Source: an uncultured Gammaproteobacteria bacterium (GTDB lineage Bacteria; Patescibacteriota; Patescibacteriia; UBA10025; JAHIVO01). From it: DNA of 64,000 nt. A model generated the notes under the pieces. That model saw nothing but the letters and a program-made list of their open reading frames with translations, was not told the DNA's origin and searched no databases. Of the stretch, positions 19,021-29,117 are shown piece by piece. A program made the translations under genes and the position numbers. The stretch's first letter is position 1, and each line of letters opens with the position of its first letter. The stretch lies in NCBI GenBank assembly GCA_964628855.1, contig CAZVMV010000001.1:77145-141144 (forward strand), written 5' to 3'.

Positions 19021-19210
19021 GTTCGATAAGGTAACTTAAAAACCAGTTGCGCTATTCGCGCCTGCCAGATATCCGCGTGGATGGTCTATAGACCACTCCG
19101 TGGCTTAAAAACTGGCAAATCGTTATCCGGGGATTAAATCATCATGAATTCATGAATTATCATCCCCAGAACCTATCTACCTTGATTGTGATAGATATCT
19201 TAACTGTAAA
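19021..19210 (-). promoter_or_regulatory. Structured 190-nt intergenic leader between rpsJ and rplC, a candidate autoregulatory RNA element.
   Basis: Contains the perfect palindrome TGGTCTATAGACCA, the hairpin GCGC-GAATA-GCGC, direct repeats CCAGTTTTTAAG / CTGGTTTTTAAG and long-range complementarity GCCAG...CTGGC. S10 and L3 are normally adjacent. Confidence 0.3.
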
Positions 19211-19591
19211 CTACATTTTGATCTCAACGTCTACGCCGGCCGGTAAATTGAGGCTCATCATGGCATCGATTGTTTTCGGCGTCGGATTGATGATGTCAAT
19301 CAATCGCTTATGGACACGCATCTCATACTGTTCACGGGCATCCTTGTGCACAAATGTTGAACGGTTTACGGTGTATCGTTTTTTTTCTGTGGGCAGCGGA
19401 ATCGGCCCCTTTGTCTGGGCGCCAGTCCGGACAGCCGTATCCAATATTGTCCGCGTGGACTGGTCTATGATCTTGTGGTCATAGGCCCGGATACGGATGC
19501 GGATACGCTGTTGCACTTCCTCAGCTCCATTTCCAGGAACTGGGGTCGTCTGCACTTCTTCTTCGTCTGTATTGTGTGGCAGTTTTGCCAT
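19211..19591 (-). CDS. rpsJ: 30S ribosomal protein S10 with a ~25-aa acidic N-terminal extension.
   Basis: [26 protein letters not shown] matches S10. 126 aa against the usual ~102. Confidence 0.9.
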   Translation of the reverse strand: MAKLPHNTDEEEVQTTPVPGNGAEEVQQRIRIRIRAYDHKIIDQSTRTILDTAVRTGAQTKGPIPLPTEKKRYTVNRSTFVHKDAREQYEMRVHKRLIDIINPTPKTIDAMMSLNLPAGVDVEIKM

Positions 19592-19641
19592 GATGTATGG
19601 GATCTAGATTGGTAATTAGCGATGTGGCGAGTACTGTATTG

Positions 19642-19668
19642 CGAGAAAATCCCAGACACCAGTCTGGA
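19642..19668 (-). terminator. Candidate rho-independent terminator after tuf.
   Basis: Hairpin CCAGAC-ACCA-GTCTGG followed, on the minus strand, by ATTTTCTC. Confidence 0.35.
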
Positions 19669-19686
19669 ATTTTCTATAGCGATATT

Positions 19687-20871
19687 TTATTTAAATATTT
19701 TAGTGACAACTCCCGCACCAACCGTATGGCCGCCTTCACGAATGGCGAAACGCTGCTGCTCTTCTAATGCGACCGGCACGATAAGTTTGATTTTCAGTTT
19801 AACGGTGTCACCGGGCATAACCATCTCAGTCTTCTCTGGTAATTCCACCTCTCCGGTAATGTCAGTCGTCTTTATGTAAAACTGCGGCTTATAACCCTTG
19901 AAAAACGGGGTGTGCCGTCCGCCCTCTTCCTTGGTCAGGATGTAAATTTCTCCCTCAAATTCGGTATGCGGCGTAACGCTGCCCGGTTTGGAAATCACCT
20001 GTCCACGTTCTACATCTTCCTTTTTCGTGCCACGCAGTAAAATTCCAGCATTGTCACCGGCTCGGCCTTCATCCAATGACTTATTAAACATTTCAATGCC
20101 GGTTACTACGGTTTTTGCCGTTGGCTTGATACCCACGATTTCAATATCATCATTCAGCTTAACGACGCCGCGTTCAATACGGCCAGTAACAACAGTGCCA
20201 CGTCCTTCGATTGAGAAAATATCTTCGATCGGCATTAAAAATGGCTTTTCGGTATCGCGTTTCGGTTCCGGTACGTTCTCATCCAATGCTTTCATTAATT
20301 CCATGATTGCTTCCTGATTTTTGGCATCCCCTTCCAAAGCTTTCAAGGCTGATCCCTTGATGATCGGGCAGGTATCACCAGGAAATTCATACTTTTTCAG
20401 TAAATCACGGACTTCTACTTCGACGAGGTCAATAAGCTCTTTGTCATCAACCATATCTACTTTGTTCAGAAAAACTACGATATACGGCACGCCGACCTGG
20501 TGGGCTAAGAGGATGTGTTCACGCGTCTGAGGCATTGGGCCATCAGCAGCGGAAACGACTAAAATTGCACCATCCATCTGGGCGGCGCCAGTAATCATGT
20601 TCTTGATATAATCAGCGTGGCCTGGGCAGTCGATATGGGCATAATGCCTCTTTTCCGTTTCGTATTCCACATGGGCGGTTGCAATTGTAATACCGCGCTC
20701 CTTTTCTTCTGGGGCATTATCAATCTGGTCGACCGACTTGGCTTGGGCCGTAAAACCCTTGTCTGCCAATGTTTTTAATATGGCAGCTGTTAAAGTTGTC
20801 TTACCATGGTCAACATGACCGATAGTTCCGACGTTGACATGGGGCTTTGTCCGTTCAAATTTTCCTGTCAT
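19687..20871 (-). CDS. tuf: Elongation factor Tu.
   Basis: 394 aa. [18 protein letters not shown] and NKVD G-motifs. Confidence 0.97.
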   Translation of the reverse strand: MTGKFERTKPHVNVGTIGHVDHGKTTLTAAILKTLADKGFTAQAKSVDQIDNAPEEKERGITIATAHVEYETEKRHYAHIDCPGHADYIKNMITGAAQMDGAILVVSAADGPMPQTREHILLAHQVGVPYIVVFLNKVDMVDDKELIDLVEVEVRDLLKKYEFPGDTCPIIKGSALKALEGDAKNQEAIMELMKALDENVPEPKRDTEKPFLMPIEDIFSIEGRGTVVTGRIERGVVKLNDDIEIVGIKPTAKTVVTGIEMFNKSLDEGRAGDNAGILLRGTKKEDVERGQVISKPGSVTPHTEFEGEIYILTKEEGGRHTPFFKGYKPQFYIKTTDITGEVELPEKTEMVMPGDTVKLKIKLIVPVALEEQQRFAIREGGHTVGAGVVTKIFK

Positions 20872-21124
20872 AAACCTTAATATTCCTTATTAATTAAGAT
20901 TGTTAGATAATAAAAAAAAGAATTTGCAGATTTGATTATAGCAGTGGAGCGGATAATAAGCAAGGAAATACCTGCTCATTTTAGATAAATTCTGGAAAAA
21001 ATGCACTTTTTAAACTAATATTAGCTATTTTTTTGTATTATTTTTCTGATAATGCCTATTTTTAACCACTTTAACGGAGTAAAACCATACTTTTATCCCC
21101 AATACTGTGGATAATGCCCTATCT

Positions 21125-21742
21125 CTATTTCAATTCAAATGAATTTACTATATTTTCGTAATCCTGTCCATTGCCCCGCAGGCTGAATAGGGATGCCCCT
21201 TTATTGAGCAGGACAATTGTTACTGGGCTCCCGTCTTTGGCGCTCCCCCCCGTCAGTTTTTGAGCCGATAGGCCATTAACTGTGATATTTTTTTCTGAAG
21301 TTACAGATATCGAATTTTTCACCTGGCCTTCCAAACTGTCGTCCATTACGCTGATAGTTACAGTAGAGGTTGGATTTGCAGGGTCGCTTAAAACCAGTGA
21401 ATATATTTTATCCTTCCCACTGCCCGTGACCGATGATGCTCTTTTCCACCCAGCCGAATATGTTAAGGAAAAACCATATTCGCTGTTATTATAATTCTGG
21501 GAAACAGTCCCGCTATTCTGATTTGAGATGGTATTAATGTCTGACGAATTGGCGTTCTCCTGAGAATTCACTTCAGTCTTAACGTTTGAGTTAATGGCCG
21601 CCGATTGGTTGGAATTCTGATTGGCGTTTGTAGCAGGATCCGGTCGAGTATAATACCATGCGGCAACTAGCACGCCGATGGCCAGTATGCCAAAAACCCA
21701 TATCCAGTAATTTCTTGTCCGACGACTAACCCCCCGTTCCAT
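21125..21742 (-). CDS. Hypothetical membrane-anchored protein inserted between fusA and tuf.
   Basis: Start taken at the internal MERGVS, so as not to overlap fusA. One TM helix (WIWVFGILAIGVLVAAWYY), an Asn/Ser-rich low-complexity stretch, then a ~120-aa C-terminal domain. Confidence 0.45.
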   Translation of the reverse strand: MERGVSRRTRNYWIWVFGILAIGVLVAAWYYTRPDPATNANQNSNQSAAINSNVKTEVNSQENANSSDINTISNQNSGTVSQNYNNSEYGFSLTYSAGWKRASSVTGSGKDKIYSLVLSDPANPTSTVTISVMDDSLEGQVKNSISVTSEKNITVNGLSAQKLTGGSAKDGSPVTIVLLNKGASLFSLRGNGQDYENIVNSFELK

Positions 21743-21752
21743 AAAGTTGAGG

Positions 21753-23843
21753 TTATTTTTTCTTTTTCGTATCCTCTTCCGTGCCGACAATCTGCATAAG
21801 GACGTTCTTCGGCACCTCCTGATAATTCAAAAATTCCATGGAATAGGAGGCACGGCCCTGAGACATCGAACGCAGTGCAGTGGCATATCCAAACATTTCT
21901 GCTAATGGGACTTCTGCATCAATTACCTTCATCATCCCCCGGTCCCTCATCTCCTTGATAGTGGCGCGCTTTGAATTAAGATCGCCGATCACGTCACCCA
22001 TCGATTTTTCAGGGGTTACTACTTCGACCTTCATAATCGGTTCCAATAATATCGGAGTGGCTTTCTTTGTAGCTGCCTGCAAGGCCATTGAACCGGCGAT
22101 TTTAAAGGCGCCTTCTGAAGAATCGACTTCATGGTACGAGCCATCCAAAACCGTCGCCTTAACATCAACCATCGGATAATGGGCTAACACGCCGCGATCT
22201 AGGGCTTCCTTTATACCCTTCTGGATCGGTACAATATATTCTTTAGGAATGTTGCCACCCTTCACTTCATCCACAAATTCAAATCCCGCACCGCGTTCCA
22301 TCGGTTCGACGCGGATAATGCAATGGCCATACTGACCACGGCCGCCCGACTGGCGGATATACTTGCCTTCCGCTTCCGCAATCGCTTTGATTGTTTCTTT
22401 GTAGGCCACTTGTGGTCGGCCGACATTTGCTTCGACTTTGAATTCCCTCTTCATCCGGTCAACAATTATTTCCAGATGCAATTCACCCATGCCCCAAATA
22501 ACGGTCTGGTTTGTTTCCTCGTCCGACTTGATCCGGAAAGTGGGGTCTTCAGCGGCCAATTTAGCCAGGGCCATTCCCATCCTCTCCTGATCGCCCTTTG
22601 TCTTTGGCTCGATAGCCACTGAGATGACAGGATCAGGGAATACGATTTTCTCCAATACGACTGGATGATTTGGGTCACAGAGTGTATCACCAGTTGTGGT
22701 GTTTTTCAATCCGACGGCAGCTGCAATTTCACCAGAAAAAACTTCGCTTACGTCCTCACGGTGGTTTGCGTGCATTCTCAAGATTCGGCCAACCCGCTCC
22801 TGGTTGCCATTACTGGCGTTGAGCACGTATGAACCTGACTTCATAACTCCCGAATAGACCCGGAAAAACGTCAGCGTGCCGACAAACGGATCAGTAGCTA
22901 CCTTAAAAGCCAAGGCCGCAAATGGCGCTTCGTCAGATATCGGGCACTCTATCTCCTCATCGCCCTTGATTGACTTGCCTTTTATGGCCGGCACGTCTAA
23001 CGGAGAAGGGAGATATTCCACTACAGCGTCTAGCAAAGGCTGGACACCCTTGTTTTTTAAAGCCGAGCCAACCAAAATTGGCATTAATTTATTACCAATC
23101 GTCGCTTTGCGCAGGACGCGTTTTAAATCTTCCAGCGGAATTTCCTGGTTATCCAGATATTTCTGCAATAAATCATCGTCCTGCTCGGCAATCTTTTCGA
23201 TCATGGAATGGCGGTATTCTTCGACCTTCTCCTTCATGTCTTCAGGCACATCCGTTTCCTCGAAGTCTTTGCCTAAATCATCCTTGTAAATCGTCGCCCT
23301 ACGGGTAAAAAGGTCGATGATGCCTTTAAAATTGCTTTCTGCGCCGATTGGTAGCTGAATCGGTACTGCATGGGGCGTAAGTCTTTCATGGATAGCCGCT
23401 AAATCAGCATAAAAATCAGCTCCCATCCTGTCCATTTTATTGACAAAACCCATCAGCGGCACCCCAAATTTTTCCGCCTGATGGAAAACTGTTTCTGACT
23501 GTGGCTCCACACCGGCTACTCCGTCAAAAACGATAAATCCGCCATCAAGAACGCGCAAACTGCGCTGGACTTCGACGGTAAAATCGATATGGCCGGGCGT
23601 ATCAATGATGTTGATGCGCGAATCTTTCCAAAAACATGTCGTGGCGGCGGAAGTGATGGTGATGCCGCGTTCTTTTTCCTGCTCCATCCAGTCCATTTCT
23701 GCCTCGCCTTCATGCACTTCTCCGATTTTGTGCTTTTTCCCGGTATAAAAAAGAATGCGCTCTGAAACAGTAGTTTTCCCGGCATCTATATGGGCGATAA
23801 TGCCGATATTACGGGTATTTTCTAGGGTGTACTGGCGTGGCAT
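21753..23843 (-). CDS. fusA: Elongation factor G.
   Basis: 696 aa. [17 protein letters not shown] and the full five-domain EF-G. Confidence 0.97.
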   Translation of the reverse strand: MPRQYTLENTRNIGIIAHIDAGKTTVSERILFYTGKKHKIGEVHEGEAEMDWMEQEKERGITITSAATTCFWKDSRINIIDTPGHIDFTVEVQRSLRVLDGGFIVFDGVAGVEPQSETVFHQAEKFGVPLMGFVNKMDRMGADFYADLAAIHERLTPHAVPIQLPIGAESNFKGIIDLFTRRATIYKDDLGKDFEETDVPEDMKEKVEEYRHSMIEKIAEQDDDLLQKYLDNQEIPLEDLKRVLRKATIGNKLMPILVGSALKNKGVQPLLDAVVEYLPSPLDVPAIKGKSIKGDEEIECPISDEAPFAALAFKVATDPFVGTLTFFRVYSGVMKSGSYVLNASNGNQERVGRILRMHANHREDVSEVFSGEIAAAVGLKNTTTGDTLCDPNHPVVLEKIVFPDPVISVAIEPKTKGDQERMGMALAKLAAEDPTFRIKSDEETNQTVIWGMGELHLEIIVDRMKREFKVEANVGRPQVAYKETIKAIAEAEGKYIRQSGGRGQYGHCIIRVEPMERGAGFEFVDEVKGGNIPKEYIVPIQKGIKEALDRGVLAHYPMVDVKATVLDGSYHEVDSSEGAFKIAGSMALQAATKKATPILLEPIMKVEVVTPEKSMGDVIGDLNSKRATIKEMRDRGMMKVIDAEVPLAEMFGYATALRSMSQGRASYSMEFLNYQEVPKNVLMQIVGTEEDTKKKK

Positions 23844-23872
23844 AGGATGTGAGTATGTTCAATAATTATTTA

Positions 23873-24337
23873 TTAAGCGAAATGCGCAAAAGCCCGGTTG
23901 GCTTCGGCCATGCGGTGGACGTCTTCGCGCTTCTTCATGGCATCGCCCTGTTTCTGCGCAGCATCCATCAATTCTCTGGCTAATTTGAAGCTCATTGGTT
24001 TCCCCTTTTTTGCACTGGCCGCGCCGATAATCCATCGGAAAGCCAAGGCCAGTTTGCGGTTACCTTTCACTTCTACAGGGATTTGGTAATTCGCCCCGCC
24101 GACTCGCCGCGATTTTACTTCGATTATGGGCGCGACGTTATTGATCGCTTGGTCAAATATTTTTATCGGCTCCTGCTTTGTCTCCTTGCCAACAATATCC
24201 AGAGCACCGTAAACAACCTGCTGAGCAACAGTTTTCTTCCCTTTCCGCATGATTGAATTAATAAATTTAGACAATACGATGTTGTTGTATTTTGCATCGC
24301 CCGGAATATTTCGCTTTGGTGCTGATTTTCCTCTCAT
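23873..24337 (-). CDS. rpsG: 30S ribosomal protein S7.
   Basis: 154 aa. S7 signature throughout. Confidence 0.95.
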   Translation of the reverse strand: MRGKSAPKRNIPGDAKYNNIVLSKFINSIMRKGKKTVAQQVVYGALDIVGKETKQEPIKIFDQAINNVAPIIEVKSRRVGGANYQIPVEVKGNRKLALAFRWIIGAASAKKGKPMSFKLARELMDAAQKQGDAMKKREDVHRMAEANRAFAHFA

Positions 24338-24357
24338 AAAAAATAAAAATAATTAAG

Positions 24358-24774
24358 TTATGAAGCTTTTTTGGCGCCGTACAGACTGCGTCCCTGTTTC
24401 CGATCTGCGACTCCCTGAGTGTCGTACACGCCACGAACTATGTGGTATCGCACGCCCGGCAAGTCTTTGACGCGGCCTCCCCGGATCAATACTATTGAGT
24501 GCTCCTGTAAATTATGCCCGACACCGGGAATATAAGCGGTCACTTCCATGCCATTAGACAGACGGACACGTGCGATTTTCCGCAGTGCCGAGTTTGGCTT
24601 TTTGGGCGTGGTAGTGGTGACTTTGACGCAAACGCCGCGCTTGAAGGGGCTGCCTTTTTGAAGCTGGCTTCTTTTCCGGCGGATGGTATTTAATACCGGC
24701 TGAAGGGCGGGTGTCTTCGATTTAAACGCACTCAGGGTGCGTGAATGTCGGATCAATTGATTTACGGTTGGCAT
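24358..24774 (-). CDS. rpsL: 30S ribosomal protein S12.
   Basis: [12 protein letters not shown]...[10 protein letters not shown] matches S12. Confidence 0.95.
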   Translation of the reverse strand: MPTVNQLIRHSRTLSAFKSKTPALQPVLNTIRRKRSQLQKGSPFKRGVCVKVTTTTPKKPNSALRKIARVRLSNGMEVTAYIPGVGHNLQEHSIVLIRGGRVKDLPGVRYHIVRGVYDTQGVADRKQGRSLYGAKKAS

Positions 24775-24890
24775 AAAACAGGCTTTAAATAAATGGTTAT
24801 TTTTTACAAATAAAAAAGTATCTTTAGACGATACTCGGGTTCAGACCCAGCATAACACAGACCCCCAAAAAATGTCAACATCCCGACCCA

Positions 24891-25511
24891 TCAGCCGAAA
24901 ATCTTTACGGCCAGGTTATAAAGGGTGCCGATCAGTGCGGAAAAAAGTGAACCGCCGAGGACAACAAATATGAGTAAAATCCAGGGCCCATACAGTTCCA
25001 GCCTCCTGACGGCATCCTGGAAACGGTAAGGCACTACCGCATACAATAATTTTGAGCCGTCCAGTGGTGGAAACGGTAGTAGGTTAAAAATCGCCAAAAC
25101 AAAATTAATTTCAATCATCATCAACAGAAACGTGGTCAATAAATTATCTGAACCGATTAAATTGCTTGATACTAAAAATTTCAGTAAAAAGCCAAAGACA
25201 ATGAAACTTATAAGATTTGAGGCAGGGCCAGCGATAGAAATCAGGACCGGACCCCATTTCTGGTGCTTTAGATTGTACGGATTGAACGGCACAGGCCGTC
25301 CCCACCCGAATCCCGCCAAAAGCAGGACGATAAAACCGATTGGGTCCAAATGCTTCAGCGGATTCAAAGTCAGCCGGCCCTGGTCGGCAGCCGTGTGGTC
25401 TCCTTCCTTATAAGCAGCGTAAGCATGACTGAATTCGTGGATCGTGATGGCATACACGATCCCGACTAGCCAGGCAATCAAAAGTTGTGGCTGTGAAAGC
25501 AGACTAAGCAT
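24891..25511 (-). CDS. Site-2-protease-like M50 family zinc metalloprotease.
   Basis: HEFSHA (HExxH) lies in the first TM helix. Later LDGS motif. Multi-pass. Start taken at the ATG (MLSLLS...). The tracked ORF begins 16 codons upstream at a TTG (25559), which is possible. Confidence 0.7.
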   Translation of the reverse strand: MLSLLSQPQLLIAWLVGIVYAITIHEFSHAYAAYKEGDHTAADQGRLTLNPLKHLDPIGFIVLLLAGFGWGRPVPFNPYNLKHQKWGPVLISIAGPASNLISFIVFGFLLKFLVSSNLIGSDNLLTTFLLMMIEINFVLAIFNLLPFPPLDGSKLLYAVVPYRFQDAVRRLELYGPWILLIFVVLGGSLFSALIGTLYNLAVKIFG

Positions 25512-25580
25512 AAATTCATTGACAGCAAAGATAAAATAAAGTACGCTTATTATAATCAAAAACTATAATCAGTACAACCT

Positions 25581-25757
25581 ATGTCTAGAATCTGTGATAT
25601 CTGCGGACGCGGTGCCCTGAGCGGCCAGTCACGCAGCCATTCAAACATCGCCACCAAGAGGCGTCAACAAATCAATTTGCAGCAAACCCTCTACCGGGGC
25701 AAACGAGTCAAAGCCTGCGCCAGCTGCATCAAGACCCTGGCTAAGAAAACCAAGTAG
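25581..25757 (+). CDS. rpmB: 50S ribosomal protein L28 (58 aa). The ORF track omitted it because it falls under the 60-aa threshold.
   Basis: Translation: MSRICDICGRGALSGQSRSHSNIATKRRQQINLQQTLYRGKRVKACASCIKTLAKKTK. This shows the L28 signature and CxxC...CxxC. Coordinates derived by hand, approximately +/-2. Confidence 0.75.
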   Translation: MSRICDICGRGALSGQSRSHSNIATKRRQQINLQQTLYRGKRVKACASCIKTLAKKTK

Positions 25758-25770
25758 TAAAATTAAAAAA

Positions 25771-25800
25771 AGTCCCGCTGTAAAAACCGTGGGATTTTTT
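25771..25800 (+). terminator. Rho-independent terminator after rpmB.
   Basis: Hairpin TCCCGC-TGTAAAAACC-GTGGGA followed by TTTTTTATT. Confidence 0.4.
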
Positions 25801-25807
25801 ATTACCG

Positions 25808-26491
25808 CTATTTTCCGAAGCGGCGTTCTCGATTTTGGTACTCAGCCAAAGCGGCGTCCAGTTCTGCTTCGCCAAAATCAGGCCAAAGCGTAGGCGTGAA
25901 ATACAGCTCCGAATAGGCCGATTCCCACAATAAAAATCCGGACAGGCGCTGTTCACCCGACGTTCTGATGATCATGTCCGGATCGGGAATGGACGAAGCG
26001 TACAAGTTTTCGCTCACTAAAGATTCGGTGATTTTTGCAGGGGCCATTTTCATGCCAACGATTGACTTAATGGCATCAACAATTTCCGCGCGACCGCCAT
26101 AGTTCAGAGCCATGTTAAAAATGCATTTTGAATTGTTGCGGGTCAGTTCCACGGCTTTCTTGATTTCCTGCTGGATAATTTTTGAAAGCCCGCCAAGTCG
26201 ACCGACCGCATTGTATCTGATTCCCTCCTGATGGAGTTTTTTTACCTCCTGCCTGATAACCTGCAAAAAAAGTTTCATGAGATATTTCACTTCTGCCGGA
26301 GGACGATCCCAATTCTCAGTAGAAAATGCGTATACCGTCAATATTTTTACCCCTTTTTTTATGCACCATCTCAGTGCTGTCCGGACATTATCCAATCCCC
26401 TACGGTGTCCCTCAAGCAACGGCAAACCATGCAACTTTGCCCAGCGGCGGTTGCCATCCATAATGATTCCGATGTGATTGGGAGTTTCCAT
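25808..26491 (-). CDS. uppS: Undecaprenyl diphosphate synthase.
   Basis: METPNHIGIIMDGNRRWA is the cis-prenyltransferase signature. Start taken at the ATG with GAGGTG 6 nt upstream. The track extends two codons further to a GTG. Confidence 0.9.
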   Translation of the reverse strand: METPNHIGIIMDGNRRWAKLHGLPLLEGHRRGLDNVRTALRWCIKKGVKILTVYAFSTENWDRPPAEVKYLMKLFLQVIRQEVKKLHQEGIRYNAVGRLGGLSKIIQQEIKKAVELTRNNSKCIFNMALNYGGRAEIVDAIKSIVGMKMAPAKITESLVSENLYASSIPDPDMIIRTSGEQRLSGFLLWESAYSELYFTPTLWPDFGEAELDAALAEYQNRERRFGK

Positions 26492-26532
26492 ATACACACC
26501 TCATTATACCTGCTACCCTCCGATTTACAATA

Positions 26533-26566
26533 ATAAAAAATTGGCAGGCCCTTCCTGGACCTGCCA
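26533..26566 (-). terminator. Rho-independent terminator downstream of copA.
   Basis: Hairpin TGGCAGG-N10-CCTGCCA. On the minus strand it is followed by ATTTTTTATT. Confidence 0.4.
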
Positions 26567-26673
26567 TTTCAACTCACGCCCCTCCTTCCATTGAACTAAA
26601 CTGTTAAGTTTTGGAAATCAGATTGCGAATAGGCCGTTATGATTAAACGGCAAATCTATTATAGGACGCTTGC

Positions 26674-28896
26674 TTAAATGGTCAACTTTTTAGTACGGAA
26701 ACGCCGTAATAAAAGCGAGTTCGCCACTACAGAAACGCTGGATAAGGCCATAGCCGCCCCAGCGATTTCCGGCCGCAATTGCCACCCAAACAGCGGGTAA
26801 AAAACACCCGCAGCCAGCGGAATCCCGGCTACATTGTACACCAGGGCCCAAAAAAGATTCTGGACAATCTTCCTGAAAGTAGCGCGGGACAATTCAATCG
26901 CCCGGACGACGTCAGTCAAGTCATTTTTTACCAAGACAATCTGGCCTGTTTCCATAGCCACGTCAGTGCCAGAACCGATGGCGATGCCAAGGTCTGACTG
27001 CGCCAAAGCAGGCGCGTCATTGACTCCGTCACCCACAAAAGCAACTCTTTTGCCCGTTGATTGAAGCTGTTTCACCGCACTGGCCTTATCCTGTGGCAAA
27101 ACTTCAGCTAGGACATGTTTGATGCCCAATTGCCTGGCGATCGCATCGGCAGTACGACGGTTATCGCCAGTCAACATTATCACTTCAATGCCCTTGCTCT
27201 CCAACAGTTTGAGCGTCTCCCTAGTACTTGTCTTGACCGTGTCCGCGACAGCAATCCAGCCAAACAACTTACCGTTAAGGCTAACCATCATCACCGTTTT
27301 GCCCTCCTGCTCAAGTTTTTCGATGGACGTTGAAGCATGGGAATAATCTATCCGCTCCTTTTCAAACAATTTTCTGTTCCCAAGTACAATCCTTTCCGTA
27401 CCAGCAGCGCCCTTTACCCCTAACCCCGGAACCGCTTCGAAGCCGGTAATTTCTGGCAATGCCACCCCGCTCTGTTTAGCGCTTAACATAATCGCCTCTG
27501 CCAAAGGATGCTCGGACTGTTTCTCGAGCGCCGCCGCATACTTAACAATTTCAACTTCCTCGGTACCGTCAGACGAACTGACATCAGTGACTACCGGCTT
27601 GCCGGTCGTCAGGGTGCCGGTTTTGTCAAAAACCACTACGTCAATCTTCCGGGCAGCTTCGAGAGCTTCGCCGCCCTTGATCAAAATCCCCTGGGATGCG
27701 CCAACACCCGTACCAGTGATGATGGCTGTCGGTGTAGCCAAACCGAGTGCGCAAGGGCAAGCAATGACCAATACGGCAACGAACGCTAACAAGCTCGGCA
27801 CGAACGGCTGGCCGGCAATCAGGAACCACGCTAAAAAAGTCAGGAGAGCAATCCCGATTACCGTGGGCACAAAAATAGATGATACGCGATCGGCAAATCT
27901 TTGGATCGGTGCCTTTGACGCCTGCGCTTGCCCTACCAAACGTATTATTCCGGATAGAAGCGTCTCGGCTCCAATTTTTGTTGCCCTAAATACAAACGAA
28001 CCGTGCTTATTGATCGTGCCGCCTATGACAGTATCGCCTGGCGCCTTCTCTACTGGCATGCTTTCGCCAGTTACCATTGATTCATCAATCGAAGAATTGC
28101 CCTCCATCAACTGACCGTCTACCGGCACCTTATTGCCCGGTTTGACCCTGATCAAATCACCGACGACAACCTGCTCAAGCGGTATTTCTGTTTCCTGCCC
28201 ATGGCGGACAACAATCGCATTTTTTGGAGCAAGCCCCATCAATGCCTTGATTGCTTCCCCGGTTTTACCTTTGGCGCGCGCCTCCAGCCATTTCCCCAAT
28301 AACACGAATGCTATCAGAATGCTCCCTACCTCGAAATAAACTTCGCCAGGCACAATTCCCAGCATCACAAAGACTGAATACAGGAATGAAGCGCTTGTTC
28401 CGATCGCGATCAGACTGTCCATATTAGCCGTCCGGATTTTCAATGAACTCCAAAAACCTCGGTAAAACTGCCAACCTGCCCAAAACTGAATCGGCAAGGC
28501 AAAGACAAACTGCATCCACTCACGGAAAGGCACATCCTCGATTGCGGGCACCAGCCTCATGCCCATACTGAGCGCCAATACCGGCAAGGCTAAAAATAAA
28601 CTGGCCCAGAATTTTATCCTAACAGTCCTTATTTCTTCAAACTTTTTCTGCTCCTCCTGAGCCTGTGAGGCTGCGTCATCAAGATATTCAACAGCCCCGT
28701 ACCCCGCTGCTTCGACGCTCTTGATTAGTCCCGGCAGTTCTACCCGGGTCTTATCATAAACTACATGCGCGCGTTCTGTCCCGTAGTTAACCGACGCTTT
28801 TGTGACTCCTGGGGTTTTTTTCAGACGACGTTCTATCAACTGGGCACAACTAGCACAATGCATTCCTGATAATGATAATGTAGTGCTTTTTTCCAT
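26674..28896 (-). CDS. copA: Copper-translocating P1B-type ATPase with an N-terminal HMA domain.
   Basis: [12 protein letters not shown] (HMA). CPC in TM6 ([10 protein letters not shown]). DKTGTLT phosphorylation site. GDGVNDAP. 740 aa. Confidence 0.9.
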   Translation of the reverse strand: MEKSTTLSLSGMHCASCAQLIERRLKKTPGVTKASVNYGTERAHVVYDKTRVELPGLIKSVEAAGYGAVEYLDDAASQAQEEQKKFEEIRTVRIKFWASLFLALPVLALSMGMRLVPAIEDVPFREWMQFVFALPIQFWAGWQFYRGFWSSLKIRTANMDSLIAIGTSASFLYSVFVMLGIVPGEVYFEVGSILIAFVLLGKWLEARAKGKTGEAIKALMGLAPKNAIVVRHGQETEIPLEQVVVGDLIRVKPGNKVPVDGQLMEGNSSIDESMVTGESMPVEKAPGDTVIGGTINKHGSFVFRATKIGAETLLSGIIRLVGQAQASKAPIQRFADRVSSIFVPTVIGIALLTFLAWFLIAGQPFVPSLLAFVAVLVIACPCALGLATPTAIITGTGVGASQGILIKGGEALEAARKIDVVVFDKTGTLTTGKPVVTDVSSSDGTEEVEIVKYAAALEKQSEHPLAEAIMLSAKQSGVALPEITGFEAVPGLGVKGAAGTERIVLGNRKLFEKERIDYSHASTSIEKLEQEGKTVMMVSLNGKLFGWIAVADTVKTSTRETLKLLESKGIEVIMLTGDNRRTADAIARQLGIKHVLAEVLPQDKASAVKQLQSTGKRVAFVGDGVNDAPALAQSDLGIAIGSGTDVAMETGQIVLVKNDLTDVVRAIELSRATFRKIVQNLFWALVYNVAGIPLAAGVFYPLFGWQLRPEIAGAAMALSSVSVVANSLLLRRFRTKKLTI

Positions 28897-28901
28897 AAAA
28901 T

Positions 28902-29108
28902 TTATTCCTCTATTCGGTAATGACCGGCTCCTGTCACTTCGTTTTTTAGCTGACCGAAGTCTAGCGTCTCATCAAAATCCAATTCTGTTTTCCCGTTTTG
29001 CGGATCCACAGTCACAGACTTAACGCCGGGGACATCATTAATAACGTCTTCAAGCAAACCCTTGCAACCCGCGCAATGCGTACCTTGAATAATAAATGTT
29101 TTATGCAT
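28902..29108 (-). CDS. copZ: Heavy-metal-associated copper chaperone (CopZ-like).
   Basis: 68 aa with [12 protein letters not shown], which fits the MxCxxC family. Confidence 0.8.
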   Translation of the reverse strand: MHKTFIIQGTHCAGCKGLLEDVINDVPGVKSVTVDPQNGKTELDFDETLDFGQLKNEVTGAGHYRIEE

Positions 29109-29117
29109 AATGATTTT

